A stretch of 64,000 nt of DNA from an uncultured Pseudomonadales bacterium (GTDB lineage: Bacteria > Patescibacteriota > Microgenomatia > UBA1400 > PJMF01): NCBI GenBank assembly GCA_964607285.1, contig CAZSJW010000006.1, positions 799 through 64,798 of the forward strand, in the 5' to 3' direction. Both the position numbers and the translations under genes were made by a program. Positions 10,701 to 20,533 of the stretch are shown here, in pieces. Each line of letters starts with the position of its first letter. Positions within the stretch are counted from its first letter, which is position 1. The notes below the pieces were generated by a model. That model was not told the origin of the DNA, made no database searches, and saw nothing but the letters and a program-made list of their open reading frames with translations.

Positions 10701-11678
10701 GTATCTATTGATATTTACGTTATGTTCATCTAGTGTCTTGGCAAAGTACATATCGCCAGACGGAGCATGGAGATAGAATACATCATCTACTTGGAGCGGG
10801 TCAAGTGCTGCCTTGATTGCATTAAGACTTGGATTCGAAATTGGTCTAGGAGGCAAGCCTGGGTACAAATACGTATTGAAAGGTGACTGTGTGGCTTTAT
10901 CCGCTGCCGTTGGCGGCACCCACCAGGCAGTAGCACCTGCTTTTTTTCCAATTGAGTACTGCAAAGTCGCGTCGACTTGCAGAGCCATTCCAAGCTCAAT
11001 TCTGTGCCAGAGAATGCCCGCTACATGACGCATTTGCTCAAAATCTCTAGCCTCTCTCTCAACTAGTGAAGCCATGATGAGTACTTGGTCAAACGGTCGT
11101 TCACTTGTGGAAATCTCCTCTTGTAATTCATCTAGTACTTTTGCATCAAAAGTGTTAGTTAGTAGAGTATATATTTGTTGTGCAGTAGACTCTCTTGGTA
11201 TCAAGTATGTGTCTGGAAAAAGCTGGCCCTCTGTGTCGTTTTGCTCTACTAAATGTAAAAATTGTTCGGAGTCGTAACTCCCCAGTTCCTGCGCATCTAA
11301 GTACTCCGCAATTTCCTCCGCTCTCCAACCTTCTAGGATGGTAATCCATAAGTCTTCAGTACCTTGCGTTAAGGTCAATGCAATCTCTTCTATTGTCATA
11401 CTTGGTGAAATGTCGAATGAACCAGCCTGAATTTTGCCTGATAATCCCTTTTGCGTAACCACAACCCTAAAAACTACACCATGTTTGATAAGTCCTGCTT
11501 CCTCTAGTCTCTTACCAATTGTAGTTATGCTCTGACCTTTTGGAATTACGAATTGTGTTGCTGTCTGATTGTTTTGATCCATTGGTTGCAGCAAATACCA
11601 TGCGTATGCACCCACCGTAGCAATACCAAGAATGATAGCTGCGCCAAGTAGTGCTATAAAACTTTTCTTTGAAAACAT
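10692..11678 (-). CDS. mltG: Endolytic transglycosylase MltG (YceG family)
   Basis: N-terminal TM; ITILEGW, EGQLFPDTY, ASLVEREA (catalytic Glu), LQVDAT, SPFNTYLYPGLPPRPISNPS. Confidence 0.93.
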   Translation of the reverse strand: MFSKKSFIALLGAAIILGIATVGAYAWYLLQPMDQNNQTATQFVIPKGQSITTIGKRLEEAGLIKHGVVFRVVVTQKGLSGKIQAGSFDISPSMTIEEIALTLTQGTEDLWITILEGWRAEEIAEYLDAQELGSYDSEQFLHLVEQNDTEGQLFPDTYLIPRESTAQQIYTLLTNTFDAKVLDELQEEISTSERPFDQVLIMASLVEREARDFEQMRHVAGILWHRIELGMALQVDATLQYSIGKKAGATAWWVPPTAADKATQSPFNTYLYPGLPPRPISNPSLNAIKAALDPLQVDDVFYLHAPSGDMYFAKTLDEHNVNINRYLR

Positions 11679-11735
11679 AGAAAAACCAGTATATCAGAAC
11701 TACCCCAGAAGTGGCATTTGCAATCTATCTCCCCA

Positions 11736-12143
11736 TTACTCACTTGCTGCACCATCTAGCCATTCCTGCAGAAAAACGGCTGCAGCCTTGTCATCTATAT
11801 GTAATCGTCTAAGTCCAGGATTGGTATGATCTAGCTGTCTTGCGGTTGCCTCATATGAGGAAAGAGTTTCATCAGCAAACAAAATGGGTAACTCTGTCTT
11901 TTCAGCTAGAACAGCGGCGAAGTTCTTAGAGTATTCAGCCATAGTTGCTTCTGATACTCCAATAAGTAATTGGGATACACTCTCCTGAGTACATATTTGT
12001 AGTATCTTCTCGAACTCGCTTCCATCAACGGGCAAAATTGCTAATGGTTCAGCCAAAGATCCATATGAAACAGCTATCCCAATTCTTACAGTTCCAACGT
12101 CTATGGCTAACGTTTTTGGCACACTGGTTGTATCTGGAATCAT
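11736..12143 (-). CDS. ruvX: YqgF/RuvX RNase H-fold nuclease
   Basis: LAIDVGTVRIGIAVS, DETLSS, DDKAAAVFLQ; usual neighbour of mltG and alaS. Confidence 0.9.
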   Translation of the reverse strand: MIPDTTSVPKTLAIDVGTVRIGIAVSYGSLAEPLAILPVDGSEFEKILQICTQESVSQLLIGVSEATMAEYSKNFAAVLAEKTELPILFADETLSSYEATARQLDHTNPGLRRLHIDDKAAAVFLQEWLDGAASE

Positions 12144-13132
12144 TCTGGTGCCTCCTCAGTAGGGATCAGGCTCGCTGTGATAACACCTCTGCGCAGATAC
12201 GTTCCCTCTGGCGTACAAGTGACTAACTTCAGCTGTCTTGAATCATAGTGTTGAGTCAAGATATAGACATCTTCTGGTTTAACTTCTTTTTTCTCTTGCA
12301 CCATGTACGTGTATCGAACACCTTGGTGGGTCACATAGAGAATGTCTCCCTGTTTTAGAGTCATGATTGTACTAAAAATGGAGTTGTACCGACGGGTATT
12401 CTTTTCACTAGGATTGTAAAACTGCCGTAATACCGAATGCCCAAATATCACAGGGGAACCAGGATCACCGGGATATGCTGTTCCAGGATAGGCTATCAAG
12501 CTTTCATCCAGATCAGTACCCCCAATTGTAACAACCGCATTACTTATATTGAGTTTTGGTATATCCAAAATGTATGTCAACTCTTTATCTTCTACTGATG
12601 CAGTTGCATCAGCCAACTCAGGAAGTGAGCTACTAAACCAATTTGATAAATTTGTATAATCAAGATCCTCGTCAATGATCTCGGGCCCACGGTACTGGGT
12701 TGTTTGCGCTTTCTCTTGCGCATGTGCTTGAGGCACCTGAGTGATAACTAAGGGCGTAACATCCATAACTTGCTCTTGGGGAATAGGAGCTGCTAGCTCT
12801 GAGTGTGCCAACCAAGTCTTGTTAGAAAAAAATCCGAGCAAAATTGGAAAAACAGCACTACCAACTAGGTACACTCCTACGCCCAAAAATGCTACGGGAA
12901 TGATAAGTGCACCGACTCTAACAACTAGGGGGACTTTTCTCTTTGCTTTTTTTATTCGCTCTTTAGTGTGTTTTTGCTCAAAACTTCGACTTGTAGATAC
13001 ACGCGCAAGTTGTTGACTGACTTTTTGATTGATGGTATCCAGTGGCACACCAGATGCAAGAGCCCTTCGATACAAGTCAACAAGTTGTGACTGTGTATCA
13101 GTTTGTGCTGACTGGTTGGGTGCTGTTGCCAT
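12140..13132 (-). CDS. Sortase (class D/E-like) with a cytoplasmic N-terminal extension
   Basis: TM followed by LDIPKL, VIFGHS (His), LKLVTCTP (Cys) and YLRR (Arg). Confidence 0.88.
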   Translation of the reverse strand: MATAPNQSAQTDTQSQLVDLYRRALASGVPLDTINQKVSQQLARVSTSRSFEQKHTKERIKKAKRKVPLVVRVGALIIPVAFLGVGVYLVGSAVFPILLGFFSNKTWLAHSELAAPIPQEQVMDVTPLVITQVPQAHAQEKAQTTQYRGPEIIDEDLDYTNLSNWFSSSLPELADATASVEDKELTYILDIPKLNISNAVVTIGGTDLDESLIAYPGTAYPGDPGSPVIFGHSVLRQFYNPSEKNTRRYNSIFSTIMTLKQGDILYVTHQGVRYTYMVQEKKEVKPEDVYILTQHYDSRQLKLVTCTPEGTYLRRGVITASLIPTEEAPE

Positions 13133-13158
13133 GGAAGTTCTTAGGTTTATACCGCACT

Positions 13159-15336
13159 TTAGTCTTGTGTAATGGTCAGCTTAACTCGATCTGCATCATT
13201 AGGTATGCTGCGAATCAGAGGTGAGAACAGGGCTGGTTCGATGGTAATACTACTTGTACTGATTCGCTTGTCATTCTGCAAAACCTTCTGAGCTTCTGCA
13301 ATTGGCTTACGTATAAGACTCTCAATAAGTGCCTGCTGATCAAAGATCGGCTCAGCGTGTGAAGTAACTTGTGCAGCAATCTTGAGTAATGAAGCTGATG
13401 TACTAGCAGTACTTTCTGAACTTTCTGGTGTGGATAGTATTTGTGGATCGGCATCTGAGAGTTTGTACCCATCTGCTAATTTAGTACTGAGGACTTCTTG
13501 TGCTATCGGACGCAAATCTGCTGCAGTGTAAGATAGTGTTTGTATTTCTACACTCAAAGTCAGTGACAGTCGTTCAGCTTCTGTTTTAGTCTCAGCGTCA
13601 AACTTGGTTGCAGTTACTGTATACCCTGTTGGTGGTATTAGATACACCCCTTCAGGTGTTTCACTAGTCAGCTCTTCAGTAGCTTGTTTGATAAGCTGGA
13701 CTGTCAGATCATCCAGTAATGTTTTTTTGTCCGTATCAGCCACTACTCTCACTTCCCTACTTGCGCCACCCGTAAAAGCTTCCTTAGCTTCTGCCTCGTA
13801 CGTAGACGTTGCAAAATCTCCAATAGTAAACTTTGCAGCTTTGGCAAGATTGCCATCAGCACCAATAGTCTTTGCAGTAACGGTTGCGGCGGTTTCACTG
13901 TGCTTTATAACTGTCTCTCCGCTGGACTCTTTTGAACTAGCTGATGCTAGTGAGACATCTTGATCCAAAGTAAACTCTAAGGAGCCCGATTTAAACGCTG
14001 TGCCTGCGGGCAAACTCTTTTCTGCGGTAACCTTATTGAAGATAGTGACTGTCCCTTTTGCTTTTTCACCTACGATTTCAACACCACTGGTTAGTATGTC
14101 ATCAGTTCCAGTGACGGTTTTTTTGACTGACGTAGCCGCCAGCGCGCGTTTTGCAGGATCTGTCTCTGATAGTGCAGGATCTAGTGTAATTTCCACTTCT
14201 TCTGAAACGAGTTCTAACGCTGGTGAAACTGTTATCACTGCAGAGGAAAAAAATAAGGCAGCAATGACGTATGCAAAAAGTAAGGTGACTATACCTCCCA
14301 GTACACCAAGAATAATACCGTGCTTGTGAGTGAATTTTCGCTTCTTTGGATGCGGCATCGAGTCCAGTTCCGCCAATAACTCTTGAGCTTTCTTACTTTC
14401 AGGTTTTGTGAGCAATTTATCCGAACTTATTGGAATACCAAAAGAAGTAGCCACAGGTTCGCCAGTCTGTTTTCCATCACCTGAGTCGCTAGAAATATCA
14501 TTTTGCTGAGTTTCAACAGCAATTTCCGTAAAGCCTTCAGAAGCGGCAAGTATATCCGTAGTAGGAAGCGGGGCAGGGACTGAAGCGACCGTTGCTGTCA
14601 CAGTAGGTAAGTCAGTTGCTCTGCCCGCACCAACCCCGACAATGGCAGCATACTCTTCTTGAGTAATAGACCTAATCACAGGCATCTTTCCTAGTGCATC
14701 AACCTTGCTCCAATCTAACTGCAAACAATCTTGCTCAAAAGACTGCAACTGAGAATCTGACAAATCTAGTGAGGCGAACACAAGGTGATCAGGAAATCTT
14801 GAACCAGGATCGAGGTGTCCTGCCAATCTAGCAATTGCCTCAGCCATATCGGTAGCTATGCTACCCGATCTTCCCACTTGATCAACTCCAATAACCGACC
14901 CCTGAACGCTCAGTAACAAAAAAAGACTTGTGCTGCCAACCACACAAATTGTGCCACTGAAAGTAGGATGCTGTATTAGCTCTTGCTCCAACACTGCTTC
15001 TGTAGTGACAACAAAGCCTACAGCCTGCAAAGAAAGATCCGTAGCCATTTTGTGCAAAAGTGGCTCTTTAACAGATGCAATACTGTTACCTGCTACCCAG
15101 TCAGGATGTAAACCGAAAACCACTTCATTGACGGATTCAGATTCACTGCCCAACTCGCGCAAGCACTCATCTAGTCGCAGTACGCAAGAATCAGCAGAAG
15201 TGTAACTTCGTCGTGTTGACGCACTCTTTACTACGGCTCCAGCCTTATTTACAGCTAAGAGCAATGCTTGTACTTGCTCATCAGAAAGTAAAACACAGAG
15301 ACGGAGTTGTGTAGCATGTGCAAGTGGAAGACTCAT
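13159..15336 (-). CDS. Bitopic membrane protein: divergent cytoplasmic N-domain, TM, extracellular baseplate-J/gp47-like domain
   Basis: TM (GIILGVLGGIVTLLFAYVIAALFF), then GEKAKGTVTIFN...LPAGTAF...AEAKEAFTGG, as in CPR 'baseplate J' proteins. Start taken at ATG 15336. Confidence 0.7.
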   Translation of the reverse strand: MSLPLAHATQLRLCVLLSDEQVQALLLAVNKAGAVVKSASTRRSYTSADSCVLRLDECLRELGSESESVNEVVFGLHPDWVAGNSIASVKEPLLHKMATDLSLQAVGFVVTTEAVLEQELIQHPTFSGTICVVGSTSLFLLLSVQGSVIGVDQVGRSGSIATDMAEAIARLAGHLDPGSRFPDHLVFASLDLSDSQLQSFEQDCLQLDWSKVDALGKMPVIRSITQEEYAAIVGVGAGRATDLPTVTATVASVPAPLPTTDILAASEGFTEIAVETQQNDISSDSGDGKQTGEPVATSFGIPISSDKLLTKPESKKAQELLAELDSMPHPKKRKFTHKHGIILGVLGGIVTLLFAYVIAALFFSSAVITVSPALELVSEEVEITLDPALSETDPAKRALAATSVKKTVTGTDDILTSGVEIVGEKAKGTVTIFNKVTAEKSLPAGTAFKSGSLEFTLDQDVSLASASSKESSGETVIKHSETAATVTAKTIGADGNLAKAAKFTIGDFATSTYEAEAKEAFTGGASREVRVVADTDKKTLLDDLTVQLIKQATEELTSETPEGVYLIPPTGYTVTATKFDAETKTEAERLSLTLSVEIQTLSYTAADLRPIAQEVLSTKLADGYKLSDADPQILSTPESSESTASTSASLLKIAAQVTSHAEPIFDQQALIESLIRKPIAEAQKVLQNDKRISTSSITIEPALFSPLIRSIPNDADRVKLTITQD

Positions 15337-15458
15337 ATGTAGTTCAGCGGTGCATGACACCAAAGCGCAAAATAGCTAGTTAGCCATAACACTTACTCAT
15401 TAAAGCATACAAAGACCATAAGACTCAAGTGGAACTAGTACATCCCCCTCGACAAAGC

Positions 15459-17321
15459 CTATGAAAGGTACAGCCTCCGAACACCTGCTGAAACTGCTTG
15501 CTCTTTAGTGATAGTTATGGAGCCAATCTCACCCGTGTGTGCTACGTGTGGTCCACCACAAAGCTCCTTGGATACCCAGTTTGTCTCTGGGTCAATTCCA
15601 ATGGTGTACACGGTCACCATTTCAGGATATTTTTCTGCAAAGAAAGCAACTGCTCCAGATTGCAAAGCCGCTTGCTTAGCTTGTGTTGCACTTGTCACTG
15701 GTAGATCAGCTGCAATCCAAGCATTGATTTGCTCTTGAACTGCCTGCAACTCTTCTTTTGTCATGGCTTTCGGGTGGGAAAAGTCAAACCTAAGACGATC
15801 TGCCGTGATATTTGAGCCCTTTTGTTGCACATGGGTACCTAAAATTTTGCGAAGTGCGGCATGCAATAAGTGCGTGGCAGTATGGTATCGAGTTGTTTGC
15901 ACACTGCTATCTTGTAATCCCCCCTTAAACTTACCTGCGGAAGCGGTTCGTGAGTCTGTGGAATGTTGTTTTCGTGCTGACTGAAAATCAGCTTCTAGAA
16001 TAGTTTGCCCTCTTTCTGTAGCAATCTCTTGAGTCAACTCAAATGGAAAACCGTGTGTTTCGTACAGCTGAAAAGCTATTTCGCCAGTGAGTTCTTTTGT
16101 TTTTTCAATGACCTTGAGTCCTTTGGCAATCGTTTTTTCAAACTTACCCTCCTCGGTTCGCAATACTTCCTGAATGACAGTCAAACTGTCAACTACATTT
16201 GGATACGCATCACAATACCCTTCAGCCACCACTTGGGCTAGATCTGCCATAAATGGCTTATCCATGCCTATCATCTTTCCATACCGAATTGCTCGTCTCA
16301 CCAACCTGCGCAAAAAGTAACCCTGCTCTTTGTTTGCGGGTATAACACCATCAGCACACAACATGACAGCTGCTCTCACATGATCCGCTATCACCCGAAA
16401 AGAACGAGTTGTCACCTCATCATATGTATAGCTTTTGCCTGAAAGTTCTGCAATCTGCGCAATAAGTGGCTGGAACAACTCAGTAGCAAAGATATCTTGT
16501 GTCCCTGCCATAACTGCAACAATTCTTTCAAAACCGCCACCAAAATCTACATTTTTCTGCGCAAGTTCCTGAAAACTTCCGTCTGCCTGCTTTTGATACT
16601 GCATAAACACAGAGTTTCCAATCTCTAGAAAACGTCCACAGTCACAGTTCACGTGGCAGGGCACATTCTTAAAAGCTGATCTCTCATGCAGTTGTAGCTC
16701 AATACCGTAATCAAAAAACACCTCGCTATCGGGTCCACCAGGTTCACCTACAGGCATAACATCTGGAACTCCCGCGCGTGACCACCAATTTTTTTTCTCA
16801 TTATAATAAAATATTCTTCCACCCTGCATACCTGCATGCTCTGCGTTCTCTACTGCTTCAGCCGCAACACCAACGCTAGCAAACAAGTCTTGCCAGATCT
16901 GCACAGATTCTTCATCGCGACCAATGCCTAATGAGTCATTTCCACTAAACACAGTGACATACAGTCTCTCAGCGGGTATATGAAGAGAGTTAGTCAGGAA
17001 CTCAAAAAACCAGCTGAGCTGCTCATGTTTAAAGTAATCACCCAATGACCAATTACCTAACATCTCAAAAAAAGTGATATGTCTGTTGTCACCAACTTCT
17101 TCAATATCCTGTGATCTAAAACATTTTTGACTGTCTACAATTCGCTTGCCTAAGGGATGTGGTTGGCCAAGCAGATACTCGATCATTGGCTGCATGCCTG
17201 AACCAGTAAAAAGTGTTGTAGGATCATTCTCTGGCACAAGACTAGCAGATGGAACAACAGTGTGCTTTTTTTTCTTAAAAAAGTCAAGGTAGGCAGTACG
17301 AATATGATTTGGTGATAGCAT
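15459..17321 (-). CDS. alaS: Alanine--tRNA ligase (short form without the C-Ala domain)
   Basis: DPTTLFTGSGMQP, QKCFR, HITFFEMLGNWSLGDYFK, IADHVRA, editing motifs HTATHLL and ELCGGPH. ATG 17321 lies 7 nt after TGTTACAAT. Confidence 0.97.
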   Translation of the reverse strand: MLSPNHIRTAYLDFFKKKKHTVVPSASLVPENDPTTLFTGSGMQPMIEYLLGQPHPLGKRIVDSQKCFRSQDIEEVGDNRHITFFEMLGNWSLGDYFKHEQLSWFFEFLTNSLHIPAERLYVTVFSGNDSLGIGRDEESVQIWQDLFASVGVAAEAVENAEHAGMQGGRIFYYNEKKNWWSRAGVPDVMPVGEPGGPDSEVFFDYGIELQLHERSAFKNVPCHVNCDCGRFLEIGNSVFMQYQKQADGSFQELAQKNVDFGGGFERIVAVMAGTQDIFATELFQPLIAQIAELSGKSYTYDEVTTRSFRVIADHVRAAVMLCADGVIPANKEQGYFLRRLVRRAIRYGKMIGMDKPFMADLAQVVAEGYCDAYPNVVDSLTVIQEVLRTEEGKFEKTIAKGLKVIEKTKELTGEIAFQLYETHGFPFELTQEIATERGQTILEADFQSARKQHSTDSRTASAGKFKGGLQDSSVQTTRYHTATHLLHAALRKILGTHVQQKGSNITADRLRFDFSHPKAMTKEELQAVQEQINAWIAADLPVTSATQAKQAALQSGAVAFFAEKYPEMVTVYTIGIDPETNWVSKELCGGPHVAHTGEIGSITITKEQAVSAGVRRLYLS

Positions 17322-17381
17322 GAGACGAATTGTAACAGGCTGATTTGCATTTGCACAGTGATCTGCTGTAGTATATTTACT

Positions 17382-17876
17382 ATGCAAGAATTAGCACCTG
17401 AGGTATCATCTTTGAATCAAACAAACCAAAGTAGCACTGTGTCTTTCAAAAAGGTATTTGGCTTATTGCTGTTACTCTGCTCCATTAGCGCGAGCGGTTA
17501 TTTTTTTTGGCAACAAAGAGCCTTACAACAAACAAAGCCGCCAACAGTTGTCCAACTACCTGATGGTGAGAACATTGAAGCAATTGGTACAACAAATGAG
17601 TTTACTGAAACAAATGATGCGATTACACTACCAGTAGGAACTTGTACGCCTCAAGAGCAAGTGCAGCTCTCAAATACAAGTGTTCTTGTATTCAAAGGAT
17701 TAACAACACTAAAAGCCGAACCATTTTGTCAAATGGAATTGACAGCTTCGGGCAAGTATGGCCCTGCTACATATGACTGCGCATATAAACTAAAAGATAG
17801 AACTGAAATTTACTTACAACTCGATGATTCAGGTGCCAATATTGACTTTATCAGACAACACTGCACGGCTCACTAA
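17382..17876 (+). CDS. Hypothetical single-pass membrane protein with a Cys-containing extracellular domain
   Basis: TM (VFGLLLLLCSISASGYFFW) and four Cys downstream; divergent from alaS. Confidence 0.6.
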   Translation: MQELAPEVSSLNQTNQSSTVSFKKVFGLLLLLCSISASGYFFWQQRALQQTKPPTVVQLPDGENIEAIGTTNEFTETNDAITLPVGTCTPQEQVQLSNTSVLVFKGLTTLKAEPFCQMELTASGKYGPATYDCAYKLKDRTEIYLQLDDSGANIDFIRQHCTAH

Positions 17877-17888
17877 CTGCTAGCTAAC

Positions 17889-18230
17889 CTACTTCACGCC
17901 TCGGAATCGACTAGACCGTGTGCGCTTCTTCTTTGCCACTTTTTTTTCTTGCTCAACTTCATGTGAATCAAGAACATCAAATGATGACAATGCATTCTCA
18001 ATCAAGTGTTTTGCTTGACTAAAGACACTCTGTGCTTTTTGTGTTGCTGAGTGTTCTTCTATGTTAGTTTGAGCTAGGTGTTCCTGAGCAGACAGCCACT
18101 CATCTTGCAAACGCTTTCGTAGTGTAGTGCCTCGTTTAGTCCCAAAAGCGAAATATCCTGCAGCACCAGCAAAAATTCCCAGCATAAAGCCAGTTGCAAA
18201 GGAGCCAGATTCCTTACTGTTTTGATTCAT
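17889..18230 (-). CDS. YtxH-like protein
   Basis: FATGFMLGIFAGAAGYFAFGTKRGTTLRKRL N-terminal pattern; coupled to a DUF948-like gene. Confidence 0.7.
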   Translation of the reverse strand: MNQNSKESGSFATGFMLGIFAGAAGYFAFGTKRGTTLRKRLQDEWLSAQEHLAQTNIEEHSATQKAQSVFSQAKHLIENALSSFDVLDSHEVEQEKKVAKKKRTRSSRFRGVK

Positions 18231-18489
18231 TGCTGTTTCTATTCAACCACGATACAAATAACTCAAAAATTTTCATGCCACTCCTGAGGCCACTTACAGC
18301 ACCTCCAAGTGCCATCAAAGGCTGTGTGATTGAGCTAAATTTTGCTTCTACAGTTTCTAATGTTTGATTAAACCGCTTCAGTGTACGCCGTACTTCGATA
18401 AGTACTGTCACTAGCTGAACTCCAACTACCGTCAGCACCATTGCAAGCACAACAAGCACAACTGAAAAAATGATCTGCATAACATCCAT
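18214..18489 (-). CDS. DUF948/YoxC-like small membrane protein
   Basis: TM plus heptad helix (LIEVRRTLKRFNQTLETVE); SD AAAGGAG; paired with ytxH. Confidence 0.65.
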   Translation of the reverse strand: MDVMQIIFSVVLVVLAMVLTVVGVQLVTVLIEVRRTLKRFNQTLETVEAKFSSITQPLMALGGAVSGLRSGMKIFELFVSWLNRNSNESKQ

Positions 18490-18559
18490 AACTACCTTTC
18501 AAGTATCATCTAAGTAGCATAATACCATATACGCTTATTATTGATCTAGTCGCTTACCC

Positions 18560-19210
18560 CTAGAACTCAACAATCACCATACGCTGTATTGTCTGAGATT
18601 TGCCCCGCCTATCAGTCGTTTGTACAGTCACAGCGGCTGGTCCTTCTCCAGAAAAACTTACTTCGGTACGAAATGAACCATCTGGCTGCAATGCTACCGC
18701 TATCCCATTAACCGTTACTACAGCCTCAGGAACAGTCTCACCAAACACCTCGGTCTGTGGGGCAACACGCGCTTGCTCGGCAGGTGTTAGCACTTCCAAA
18801 AAAGGTGGTTTTTGCAATGAATACCATTGGTAGACCACATATGAAACAAGTGTTAGGAACACAACAGACAGAGTCAACACTGCACCTGTGACCGAATTGA
18901 CTACTTTTTTTCGAGTAATTACGGGTTTCAGAAACTCACGTGGTATTAAGATACCTCTTGCGCTTTCTTTAAAATCTCTCCGCAGCAATGCAATAAGTGG
19001 CTGTGGATCAAAACCAAAGACGCGAGCATAGCTGCGAATGAATCCTTTCACAAAGGTAGCAGCAGGCAACACTGTAAAGTTATTGTCCTCAAGTGCCTGC
19101 AAATATTCCACTCGTATACGCGTTTTTTTCGCTAAATCACGCAGTGGTAAACGATGTGACTCTCTCTCGTCACGAAGTAACTCACCAATTGTTTTGGTAA
19201 TATGTGCCAT
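18560..19210 (-). CDS. RodZ-like HTH protein with TM and C-terminal Ig-like domain
   Basis: IGELLRDER...TRIRVEYLQALED..F..LPAATFVKGFIRSYARVFG (HTH_25 pattern). Confidence 0.85.
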   Translation of the reverse strand: MAHITKTIGELLRDERESHRLPLRDLAKKTRIRVEYLQALEDNNFTVLPAATFVKGFIRSYARVFGFDPQPLIALLRRDFKESARGILIPREFLKPVITRKKVVNSVTGAVLTLSVVFLTLVSYVVYQWYSLQKPPFLEVLTPAEQARVAPQTEVFGETVPEAVVTVNGIAVALQPDGSFRTEVSFSGEGPAAVTVQTTDRRGKSQTIQRMVIVEF

Positions 19211-19224
19211 TGTGCTGAATTAAC

Positions 19225-19659
19225 TTAACTGGCTAATTGTTTTTTTACTTCTGCTGAAACACGGCCACCATCCGCCTTACCTGCAACTTTTGCTATTGCT
19301 GACTTCATGATAGAACCGAGATTTTTATCTGCAGAATCTGTAATTGCTGAACTTACTATAGCTGAGAGTTCCTCATCAGGCATTTGGTCGGGTAAGTAAC
19401 TTTCTAAAATGTGTAATTTGGCTTGTTCGGACTCAACCAGATCATTTCGGCCTGCTTTTTGGAACTCACCAATGCCATCTTTAATTTGCTTGACTTGTCT
19501 CTGTATTACCGCTTGCGCATCTGCATCTGTAGCAGTGCCGTTATCAATCTCCCAGTTCCTAATTTCAGATATGAGGTAGCGCACGACTCCCAAACGAACG
19601 GAGTCTTTCGCTCGCATCGCTTCCTTCATGTGTTGTTGTAAATCCATTTTTAAGGGCAT
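19225..19659 (-). CDS. GatB/YqeY domain protein
   Basis: MKEAMRAKD..RLGVVR, FQKAGRNDL...E...LESYLP, GKADG..VS. Confidence 0.9.
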   Translation of the reverse strand: MPLKMDLQQHMKEAMRAKDSVRLGVVRYLISEIRNWEIDNGTATDADAQAVIQRQVKQIKDGIGEFQKAGRNDLVESEQAKLHILESYLPDQMPDEELSAIVSSAITDSADKNLGSIMKSAIAKVAGKADGGRVSAEVKKQLAS

Positions 19660-19738
19660 GGTAACTTTCTAACATCTGTGGCAAAACCTCAACTGCGTTT
19701 GTTAGATGTTGCAATTGATTGTATCATTGCTTACCTCT

Positions 19739-20533
19739 ATGTCACATACCCAAGCAGACCCCAACAAAAGCACTACTGCCATCAAGTCTGAAAGAGTATG
19801 GTCTCCATACGAACTCACCCAGCTGAGTCGCCATAAGGTAAGTACTGGACTTATCATTGATACTGAGTCACCTGTAGAGTATCTCACTGGTCATGTAGAT
19901 TTTGCAGGGTTGGATTTTTTGGTAAGCAAAGAAACGCTTATACCTAGAGTCGAAACAGAAGAGCTAGTAGGACTAGCATGGAACATACTCGAAGAGCAAA
20001 TAAGTGTAGGCATTACACCATGTGTTCTTGATGTAGGAACAGGGTGTGGGGCAATCGCTATATCCCTAGCCTACCGAGCTGCACAAGCTGGAAAAACCGT
20101 TCAAATTCTTGCTACTGATATTTCGAGTACTGCACTAAAGGTTGCTGAAAAAAATACCCACCGACTTACCCCAAAAGCTAACATTCAGTTCCTACAAAGT
20201 GACTTGCTTGCAGCTGTGCCAAAGCAGCAGCAATTCACTCTAATCACAGCAAACCTTCCCTACATCCCCACCGAAAGAATTGCTTACTTGGAATCTTCTG
20301 TCAAAGACTTTGAACCACAAGTTGCACTTGATGGTGGCTCAGATGGACTGTACCTTATTAAACTATTGCTTAGCTCTGCAGCTGACCTGCTGCAACAAAA
20401 TAGCAAGGTTGTACTGGAAGTTGACTACACACACACGGTTGAAAATTTTTTAGAGTTTCGTCCTAATTGGACCATCACAAGCAGTTTCGATACCTACAAC
20501 CGAAACAGATTTATTATTGCAACTAAGAAATAG
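19739..20533 (+). CDS. prmC: Release factor glutamine methyltransferase (HemK/PrmC), short N-terminus
   Basis: PVEYLTG, LIPRVETEELV, LDVGTGCGAI, ANLPYIP, EPQVALDGG. Confidence 0.88.
   Translation: MSHTQADPNKSTTAIKSERVWSPYELTQLSRHKVSTGLIIDTESPVEYLTGHVDFAGLDFLVSKETLIPRVETEELVGLAWNILEEQISVGITPCVLDVGTGCGAIAISLAYRAAQAGKTVQILATDISSTALKVAEKNTHRLTPKANIQFLQSDLLAAVPKQQQFTLITANLPYIPTERIAYLESSVKDFEPQVALDGGSDGLYLIKLLLSSAADLLQQNSKVVLEVDYTHTVENFLEFRPNWTITSSFDTYNRNRFIIATKK

Noticed and set aside
13159-15336. Prophage or contractile injection system suggested by the baseplate-J-like gene
   Set aside because: No sheath, tube, spike, capsid, terminase or integrase genes nearby; the gene has a TM and sits among housekeeping genes.
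15459-17321. AlaRS lacking the C-Ala domain as a truncation or pseudogene
   Set aside because: Catalytic and editing domains are intact, and this short form is common in reduced genomes.
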